Source: a bacterium (GTDB taxonomy: Bacteria > Hydrothermota > 32-111). Taken from it: a DNA stretch of 34,089 nucleotides. The position numbers and the translations under genes are program-made. The number at the start of each line of letters is the position of its first letter. The first letter of the stretch is position 1. Under the pieces are notes generated by a model that saw only the letters and a list, made by a program, of their open reading frames with translations, had not been told where the DNA came from and did not search any database. The stretch lies in NCBI GenBank assembly GCA_046484245.1, contig JAWOBN010000029.1:1-34089 (forward strand). The letters run 5' to 3'. Positions 28,134 to 34,089 of the stretch are shown here, in pieces.

Positions 28134-28196
28134 TAGAAACCAATCTCATATTCCCTCCCTAACCGGATGGCCTCGCTTCCATCCGGGTTTTTTTTT
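28134..28196 (+). ncRNA. Candidate small regulatory RNA with an anti-SD/anti-start-codon seed
   Basis: Consensus promoter directly upstream; CATATTCCCTCCCT (28147-28160); intrinsic terminator. The 5' end is inferred. Confidence 0.6.
28163..28196 (+). terminator. Rho-independent terminator
   Basis: CCGGATGG, 8-nt loop, CCATCCGG, then G and T9. Confidence 0.88.
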
Positions 28197-28347
28197 GTAC
28201 CCCATATTCATAAACAGGCAAATAGAGGCACTTAAGCAGAACAATTGATTAACAATGATTGGAATTGATGTGTAAGTAAAGTAATAATCGGGCTTAGAAT
28301 GTTAATTGATGATATATGACACACTTTGACAAAATTAAAGGCAGTTA

Positions 28348-28713
28348 TCAGAATTCATTATCGGCAATAATGCCCCTGATGTATTGAACAGGTGGATTCC
28401 TATCTGTGTCAATACCAATGAAATCAAACCTGACATTGTGCTCAGCGAGACGGGGGTGCTTCATCATATAGTGTCTTGCTGACAGCACTATTCTCTTCTT
28501 CTTCCTGAAATCAACTGCTTCAACCGGCTTACCCATTCTCCCTGACTCCCTGTATTTGACCTCAATAAATACAATTGTTCCGGCTTCCTCAACAATAATA
28601 TCTATTTCACCGAATGGGCTGTAGTAGTTTCTTTCTATTATGTTCTTTTTAAGGGATTTGAGATACTGTACTGCAGTATCTTCACCAATCTCTCCCTTCT
28701 TTCTGAAATTCAT
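28348..28713 (-). CDS. yraN: YraN/UPF0102 family endonuclease-like protein
   Basis: GEIGED.A..YL, ERNY, GEIDII, FIEVKYR, RFD. Confidence 0.92.
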   Translation of the reverse strand: MNFRKKGEIGEDTAVQYLKSLKKNIIERNYYSPFGEIDIIVEEAGTIVFIEVKYRESGRMGKPVEAVDFRKKKRIVLSARHYMMKHPRLAEHNVRFDFIGIDTDRNPPVQYIRGIIADNEF

Positions 28714-29327
28714 CGTTTTATGAAATTGCTCAATAATTCCCTTATTGGACTGAATGATTTCCTGTGTATTTCACATGTGCCGACCCTGATTACTGTATTG
28801 ACATGCTCACGGGTTGCATAGCCCTTATTCTGGGAAAAATCATACTCGGGATATTCCATGCCGTAGAATTCCATTATCCTGTCCCTGTAAACTTTTGCAA
28901 TAATGGAGGCAGCTGCTATTGATACAGACCTGCCGTCTCCTTTGATAATAGCTTCCTGCTTTATCGGAATACCCGGTATTATTGAGGAGCCGTCAATAAG
29001 AAGGACCTCCGGCATGACAGAGAGTTTCCGCAGTGAGCGCATCATTGCAGTGTATGACGCCTGAAGTATATTGATCCTGTCTATGAGTGTATTGTCAACA
29101 GCCCCGACTGCAACAGAGAGGGCTTTATCCAGTATCTCGCTGTACAGGTCCTCCCTCTGCTCGGGCGTGAGTTTCTTGGAATCATCAATACCCTCTATCT
29201 CTATATCATCGGGGAATACAACTGATGCAGCAACAACAGGTCCTGCAAGAGGTCCCCTGCCTGCTTCATCAATACCTGCTATGAAATATGTGCCGTCCTT
29301 CCAGTATTTCTCCTCAAATTCTCTCAT
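28710..29327 (-). CDS. rnhB: Ribonuclease HII
   Basis: GIDEAGRGPLAGPV, DSKKL, IDG, KGD..SVSIAAASIIAKV.RD, NKGY. Confidence 0.97.
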   Translation of the reverse strand: MREFEEKYWKDGTYFIAGIDEAGRGPLAGPVVAASVVFPDDIEIEGIDDSKKLTPEQREDLYSEILDKALSVAVGAVDNTLIDRINILQASYTAMMRSLRKLSVMPEVLLIDGSSIIPGIPIKQEAIIKGDGRSVSIAAASIIAKVYRDRIMEFYGMEYPEYDFSQNKGYATREHVNTVIRVGTCEIHRKSFSPIRELLSNFIKR

Positions 29328-29680
29328 TCTTTGACCTTGGTGGCGGCGCGGCCTGTCCTTTCACGCATATAGTGAATCTTTGCCCTTTTGGGATTGCCTT
29401 TCTTGAGCACTTCAATATTGTCAATACTGGGTGAATTGACGGGGAATATCCTCTCTACACCAATACCCTGGGATATCTTTCTTACTGTAAATGTCTTTGT
29501 TGAATCTGAACCCCTCCGGGCAATGACAATACCCCTGAATTTCTGGACGCGGACCTTGTCGCCTTCCTTGATTTTGTATGAAACATTTACTGTATCACCG
29601 ATATTGTATGACAATTCATTCTCTGATGAATGATTCTTTTCAAACTCTCTCTGCAATTTGTCTGTATTGAGCTTATTCAT
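29324..29680 (-). CDS. rplS: 50S ribosomal protein L19
   Basis: GDTV.V..KIKEGDK.RVQ.F.G.VI, FTVRKIS.GIGVERIFP. Confidence 0.98.
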   Translation of the reverse strand: MNKLNTDKLQREFEKNHSSENELSYNIGDTVNVSYKIKEGDKVRVQKFRGIVIARRGSDSTKTFTVRKISQGIGVERIFPVNSPSIDNIEVLKKGNPKRAKIHYMRERTGRAATKVKE

Positions 29681-30416
29681 TGTTATCCTCCAATGTGGTC
29701 TCTTTTATTATATTTATAATTTTCTCTTCTTGGTTTGTCAAGTCTTTTCTTTCAATAATTTCAGGTCTTTTTTTCATTGTTATCTTAAGTGACTGTTCTT
29801 TACGCCACTTATCTATCTCACCATGATTGCCTGACAGAAGAATGCCCGGCACATCATGTCCCTCAAAAACAGAGGGTCGGGTAAACTGCGGCGGATCAAG
29901 CAGTCCGCTGGAGAAGGAATCACTTCTTGCAGAATCAATATTACCTAAAACATTGTCCGCCAGACGGGAAACACTTTCCAGTATTATCAGAGCAGGTATC
30001 TCACCCCCCTGCAGTATATAGTTGCCTATTGATATCTCTGTGTCGCAGTAATGGTCTATGAACCGCTGATCAATGCCCTTATATCTTCCCGCAATAATTG
30101 TGAGGGATTTCTCTGCAGCCAGTTCATTCTCAACAATTGACTGGTCCAGTATCCTGCCTGCAGGTGATGTGAGTATTACCTTGCCTTTATCCGGCAGGGA
30201 ATTGACAGCATCCGCGAGAGGACCGGGCATCAGTATCATACCGCTGCCTCCTCCATAGGGATAATCATCAACCTGTTTGTGCCTGCCTTCACCGAAATCC
30301 CTCAGGTCAATAATATTGACTGAGAGATTGCTGTCTTCAATTGCCCTTTTTATAATGCCTGTCTGGGTAAATGGTATTATCAATTCGGGGAATAGTGTGA
30401 TTATATTAAAATTCAT
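29673..30416 (-). CDS. trmD: tRNA (guanine-N1)-methyltransferase
   Basis: ITLFPE, VDDYPYGGGSGM, SPAG, GRYKGIDQR, SIGNYILQGGE, LLSGNH; start trimmed to MNFNIITLFPE. Confidence 0.97.
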   Translation of the reverse strand: MNFNIITLFPELIIPFTQTGIIKRAIEDSNLSVNIIDLRDFGEGRHKQVDDYPYGGGSGMILMPGPLADAVNSLPDKGKVILTSPAGRILDQSIVENELAAEKSLTIIAGRYKGIDQRFIDHYCDTEISIGNYILQGGEIPALIILESVSRLADNVLGNIDSARSDSFSSGLLDPPQFTRPSVFEGHDVPGILLSGNHGEIDKWRKEQSLKITMKKRPEIIERKDLTNQEEKIINIIKETTLEDNNE

Positions 30417-30888
30417 AATATTCAGCAGTATGTTTGAGGACAATTTTCTCATTACTGATGTCAATGCTCTCAATCATCTCCTTGTTGAGGGGTATGCTTA
30501 TATCACTGCCCGTAATCTCAATAACAGGTGATGGTCCTGCAAAATAGAGATTATCTACCGGCCCGAGTTTATTGTCAGTACTGTCATAAACCGTGCATTT
30601 CAGAATATCGTGTATATAGTATTCATTCTCCTCAAGCGGCACCAGGTCATCTTCCTTTACATAGAGAATACTGTCTCTCAGCTCATCTGCTTCACTGCGG
30701 CTGTCTATTTCAAAGAACTTGATAAGCAGTTTCCCGCCTATGCCTTTTATATCTTCAATTGTATATTCTTCATTGTCAATAATGTATGAGGACCCTACCC
30801 GGAACCTGTCCTTCTCTGTAGAGAGTATATGTATCTTGACGAATCCCTTAAGCCCGTGGGGCTTAATTATCCTGCCGACTTCATACAT
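30406..30888 (-). CDS. rimM: 16S rRNA processing protein RimM
   Basis: VGRIIKPHGLKG.VK, LEENEYYIHDI, PRC barrel; conserved gene order. Confidence 0.95.
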   Translation of the reverse strand: MYEVGRIIKPHGLKGFVKIHILSTEKDRFRVGSSYIIDNEEYTIEDIKGIGGKLLIKFFEIDSRSEADELRDSILYVKEDDLVPLEENEYYIHDILKCTVYDSTDNKLGPVDNLYFAGPSPVIEITGSDISIPLNKEMIESIDISNEKIVLKHTAEYYEF

Positions 30889-30889
30889 T

Positions 30890-31120
30890 TCAGTCTATGA
30901 TTTCAAGCACAGCTTTTCTGTCTTTCTTGACACTTGCAACAGAGAGCAGGGTATTGATTGCATCCAGTGTAGTACCATTCCTGCCGATTATCTTGCCGAT
31001 ATCTTCCTTGTCTATCTTGATCTCATAGAGTGTTGTTTTCTTGCCTTCAACAGAGTATATCTCAACATTTTCCGGTCTGTCGGCAATGGATTTCACAACG
31101 AATTCAAGCAGTTTCTTCAT
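30890..31120 (-). CDS. khpA: KH-domain RNA-binding protein (KhpA/YlqC)
   Basis: [29 protein letters not shown]; lies between rpsP and rimM. Confidence 0.92.
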   Translation of the reverse strand: MKKLLEFVVKSIADRPENVEIYSVEGKKTTLYEIKIDKEDIGKIIGRNGTTLDAINTLLSVASVKKDRKAVLEIID

Positions 31121-31436
31121 TATCCTTCTCAACTGTCTCTTCTGTGTTTTCTTCAGGCTCAGTTTCCTTGATTGCCTTCTCCACCAATTTGCCTTTCAGT
31201 GTGCCTTCCTTGTAAAACTTCATGATCTTCTTCACTCGGTTTGTAGGCTGGGCTCCTTTCTTGACCCACTCCTCGTATTTCTCATAATCAACGGAAGTCT
31301 CTTTCTTGCCTGTAGGATCATAAGAACCGAGAATCTCTATGAATCTGCCGTCTCTGGGCGCCCTGTTGTCAGCAACTACTATTCTATAGTAAGGTTCCTT
31401 TTTCTTGCCCATTCTCCGTAAGTGTATATTTACCAT
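31104..31436 (-). CDS. rpsP: 30S ribosomal protein S16
   Basis: [35 protein letters not shown]; acidic C-terminal extension. Confidence 0.98.
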   Translation of the reverse strand: MVNIHLRRMGKKKEPYYRIVVADNRAPRDGRFIEILGSYDPTGKKETSVDYEKYEEWVKKGAQPTNRVKKIMKFYKEGTLKGKLVEKAIKETEPEENTEETVEKDNEETA

Positions 31437-31482
31437 TAAGCCTCCTAATAGGTTTAATCTTTAAGTCTTTAAGTAATGAAGG

Positions 31483-31511
31483 ATTATAATAATAAGAGGG
31501 CAGTATGTCAA
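31483..31511 (-). promoter_or_regulatory. Sigma70 promoter of the rpsP operon
   Basis: Minus strand TTGACA, 17 nt, TATAAT; SD AGGAGG before rpsP. Confidence 0.8.
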
Positions 31512-31648
31512 GTGTTATATTGATGTTTGTAATTCCCAAAAAAAAATGTCCCCTTAAATTACTATTAAAAAATGTCCCTTTTTGATAAAAAAGATATCCT
31601 ATCACCACACAATATATACGGATAATGCACTAATCATCACAATAAATG

Positions 31649-31673
31649 GTAGGGGTTCAACAATTTGAACCTA
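31649..31673 (+). repeat. Degenerate GTAG-type REP palindrome
   Basis: GTAG-G-GGTTCAA-caat-TTGAACC-ta. Confidence 0.55.
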
Positions 31674-31685
31674 ATCCAAATTTGC

Positions 31686-31720
31686 CACGCATCACGCAAA
31701 ACGCAGTTCGCACAACGATA
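31686..31720. repeat. Heptamer tandem repeat
   Basis: cacgcat/cacgcaa/aacgcag/ttcgcac/aacgata. Confidence 0.6.
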
Positions 31721-31814
31721 AGGGACGGAGGTGGAATATATCAAATGGATTTTGAGTAAAATAGGCCAAAATCCCCCATAAGCTTAGCTAATATTTGCTT
31801 TACCCAGCATTATG

Positions 31815-32016
31815 TCCAAATCCCAGGTCCGGTAGTTGCATAGGTTGCACAACTAATATCGCTTAATTTATGTGGTTCACATCAGACCCTGCATAAGCTC
31901 AGTTATTTATTGAATTACATATTATGACCTTTGACTTTTCTGCAACCTATGCAACTACCGGACCCGGGATTTGGAGGGGATTTTTACAAAATAAGGGTAA
32001 AAGGACAGATGTTGAA
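31815..32016. repeat. REPIN-like long hairpin element (second arm type) with the conserved flank
   Basis: 35-bp inverted repeat with 1 mismatch, TCCAAATCCCRGGTCCGGTAGTTGCATAGGTTGCA (31815-31849 / 31941-31975), 91-nt spacer; 31963-32016 is an inverted homolog of 18438-18492. Confidence 0.85.
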
Positions 32017-32198
32017 AATAGGATTACGGTGAATCTTACTCAGAAGTTGTGCTAACCCTGACCTGTAAACCAAGAAGGTAAAGCAACTTTATAAGGCAAT
32101 GCATAAAGACCTTGTTATTTAGAGTACATTGAATAGAAGGCGAATAAATGCTTCCGGCCAAATCAATCAATTCTTTTGGAGAAGAACCGATAATGTCT

Positions 32199-32232
32199 AC
32201 AATGTAAAGGGACGTCCCTGGGATTTGGAGGG
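32199..32232. repeat. Solo arm of the 18485-type hairpin element
   Basis: ACAATGTAAAGGGACGTCCCTGGGATTTGGAGGG resembles ACAATGTAAAGGACCGTCCCCGGGAT joined to the TTGGAGGG flank. Confidence 0.75.
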
Positions 32233-32355
32233 AATTATAGGGGTAGAGTTGATGATAGATAATGTGAATACACAATGGGGAAAAGAGGGCTTCTCCATAA
32301 GAGCTCTTTAAATTATCTGATTATTAGGGGGCAATATTTTGTGAAAATAACAATG

Positions 32356-33048
32356 TTATATTGATGAATTGTTGCTGAGAATTGCAATGGATGCGCATTT
32401 CTCAATAATATCAATATTATCAAATGCTTTGAATATATCAGTGCTGCCGGATATGATGCCGTGTCTTCTCATAAGTACTGTAGAATACTCTCTGAATGCT
32501 GATATGATGTCAGATGATAATTGTTCTGAACCGGGCTTGCGGTTTTCAACAAAACCTATTCCACGGGGAAAGACAATGTCAAATTCACCGTGCGCTTTCT
32601 TAAGCACACTGTTTAAATCCTTTATTCCCGAATACCGTGCGCACAGAGCAGTGGAATAAGGGGGATGGGTATGAACAATACTGCTGAAATCACTGCATAC
32701 AGAGTATATGCCTATATGGCATTTCAGTTCACTGGATGGTTCATTCTCCTTCATCAGGAATGCATTGCCCTGTTCAATAAATATGATGGTTGTCTTGTCC
32801 ACAGGATTATCCCTCACCTGATACATCCTGGAGCCTGTTGTTGTAATGATTATCACATCATTGTTGAGAGGATTGAGATCCAGAGCCATGTCCAGTTTGC
32901 GCGGCTTATAGTCCCTGCAGCAGTCAAGCATATTCAGGTCAGTGCCGTCAATGCGCACAGACACATTGCCGCCGAATCCTTCGGAGTATCCCCTGTCAAA
33001 AAGCAGGCCTGCTGCCCGGCTAATATCAGAGTATATTTCTTTCTTCAT
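32356..33048 (-). CDS. Class II aldolase/adducin family protein (rhamnulose-1-phosphate aldolase-like)
   Basis: GYSEGFGGNVS, TTGS, PSSEL..H, VHTHP, HG zinc ligands. Confidence 0.88.
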   Translation of the reverse strand: MKKEIYSDISRAAGLLFDRGYSEGFGGNVSVRIDGTDLNMLDCCRDYKPRKLDMALDLNPLNNDVIIITTTGSRMYQVRDNPVDKTTIIFIEQGNAFLMKENEPSSELKCHIGIYSVCSDFSSIVHTHPPYSTALCARYSGIKDLNSVLKKAHGEFDIVFPRGIGFVENRKPGSEQLSSDIISAFREYSTVLMRRHGIISGSTDIFKAFDNIDIIEKCASIAILSNNSSI

Positions 33049-33054
33049 AGTACA

Positions 33055-33082
33055 AGTATAGCATCTATGATGAATAAATCAA
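33055..33082 (-). promoter_or_regulatory. Putative sigma70 promoter of the aldolase (probably leaderless)
   Basis: Minus strand TTGATT, 16 nt, TATACT, 6 nt before ATG 33048; no SD. Confidence 0.6.
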
Positions 33083-33579
33083 TTGTCAGTATGCTGCAGT
33101 GTAATATTGTCAATATAAACAGTACCACTGCCTTGAGTCACAATATTGAGATGAATGCTGTCGGGATTCTCCCCCTCTTTAAGGAAGAACGGGGTTGTAA
33201 TCTTTGTCCAGTCATTGTTACCCGTCAGTGCATTGTCCAGTCCCCTTGAAAAGTATCTGCCTTTGTCCGGGAAAAAGCACCACATCTCCAGATAGCATCT
33301 GCCCTTCAGGTTCTCTGTTTTGACCATGGCTGAATAGACAATTGCAGTATTCTCCACATCAATGTTATGCACTGTGAAAAGTGAAAAAACTGCAGATGTG
33401 TCTGCACTGAGCATACAAGAGCCGTCCGAGTCAAAGGACGGCTCACCTGTAAAATGAATATTACCGGACTCATTTATTACACTATTGGCATTTATACTGT
33501 CACTGAACAGAACAGTGGGTTTCTCATTACTGCAACCCAATATAGCCAGAATAAGGATAACATATATAAGGATTTTCAG
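33079..33579 (-). CDS. Putative lipoprotein with a CBM-like jelly-roll domain; inferred CTG start
   Basis: In-frame extension LKILIYVILILAILG-C gives a full lipoprotein signal; GAGGT lies just upstream; VKTENL, TG.NDW, GTVYIDNI motifs. Confidence 0.7.
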   Translation of the reverse strand: MKILIYVILILAILGCSNEKPTVLFSDSINANSVINESGNIHFTGEPSFDSDGSCMLSADTSAVFSLFTVHNIDVENTAIVYSAMVKTENLKGRCYLEMWCFFPDKGRYFSRGLDNALTGNNDWTKITTPFFLKEGENPDSIHLNIVTQGSGTVYIDNITLQHTDN

Positions 33580-33820
33580 ATCTACCTCAATATGATAAAT
33601 TTACTGTCATATATTCCGGGATTCATTCTGTCCTTGACAAAATAAATGCCGGGGGGCATATCCGTTTTTATATTCATACTCTTTGAACCATTCACAGAAC
33701 CTGTGAATATATGCTTGACCTTTCATGAAATGACCGGAGATGGTAGAATACCTGATTGGGCAAAATAAAACTGCCTGACACGGCAGATGTTTAAATACTA
33801 AACCAATAAAATAAGCTGTA

Positions 33821-34089
33821 ATGAATAAAACTGTTTTTGCTTTAACTGGCCTGGTGATATGTTTATTTCTTGGCCATTGTGTTTCTTCTGTGGAAGATAA
33901 GACGGTGTCAATGACTGCTGCAGGAAAGCCTGCCGAAGGTGAACACGAAGTATTTCTGGGCGAGCCTTTTTTCCAGAAGGAAATCCTGTTTAACGGTGAT
34001 AGGGCAAGGGGGCCAAACATTACCGTTGCTGTTGATGGAACCGTACTGGCCAAGGGGCAAGGAAAACTTCTCCGCAGCGGGGATGGAGG
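33821..34089 (+). CDS. Partial secreted BNR/Asp-box (sialidase-like) protein, running off the window; absent from the ORF track
   Basis: MNKTVFALTGLVICLFLGHC...LGEPFFQKEILFNGDRARGPNITVAVDGTVLA...LLRSGDG(G), i.e. an R-x-P motif and the start of an S-x-D-x-G Asp box. Confidence 0.75.
   Translation, partial: MNKTVFALTGLVICLFLGHCVSSVEDKTVSMTAAGKPAEGEHEVFLGEPFFQKEILFNGDRARGPNITVAVDGTVLAKGQGKLLRSGDG

Noticed and set aside
28117..28149. Minus-strand 10-aa ORF MRLVSNTYYI with a perfect SD
   Set aside because: It runs into the + strand promoter, and promoter and terminator polarity both favour a + strand RNA. Kept only as an alternative explanation.
32036..32311. Two short overlapping ORFs (79 and 60 aa)
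   Set aside because: They run through repeat DNA, with no SD and no recognisable domain.
33607..34053. 148-aa minus-strand ORF
   Set aside because: It is the antisense shadow of the + strand Asp-box gene starting at 33821.
1..34089. CRISPR array, tRNA, rRNA or SRP RNA
   Set aside because: No regularly spaced direct repeats, cloverleaf or SRP-like motif was seen by eye.

Overview
Bacterial chromosomal window from a diderm organism that uses Shine-Dalgarno signals. An FCB-related lineage such as WOR-3/TA06 is a guess from gene content and is not verified. The + strand from 0.2 to 16.5 kb is one tightly overlapped gene string: cdd, a lipoprotein, a Trm112-like protein, a PorU/gingipain-like C25 protease with a T9SS-type C-terminal domain, a transglutaminase-like protein, deoC, pdp, a SpoIVB-like S55 peptidase with a beta-propeller partner, glycerate kinase, ddl, ffh and a membrane coiled-coil protein. 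Next come a GAF-GAF-HD-GYP phosphodiesterase, a class V aminotransferase with a SerA-like dehydrogenase, a DUF4175-like/helical/GATase-like trio, and TM2 and SGNH genes. The - strand carries rpsP-khpA-rimM-trmD-rplS-rnhB-yraN, a class II aldolase and a lipoprotein. A partial Asp-box sialidase-like gene ends the window. The most interesting signals are non-coding. (1) Two copies of a ~238-bp MITE have terminal inverted repeats and 6-bp target duplications, and both sit in the same orientation exactly against a sigma70 -35 box. (2) A ~60-nt candidate sRNA has a consensus promoter, an anti-SD/anti-AUG seed and an intrinsic terminator. (3) There is a modular family of long-hairpin REPIN-like elements. 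(4) Promoters recur with a 16-bp spacer, and three genes appear leaderless.
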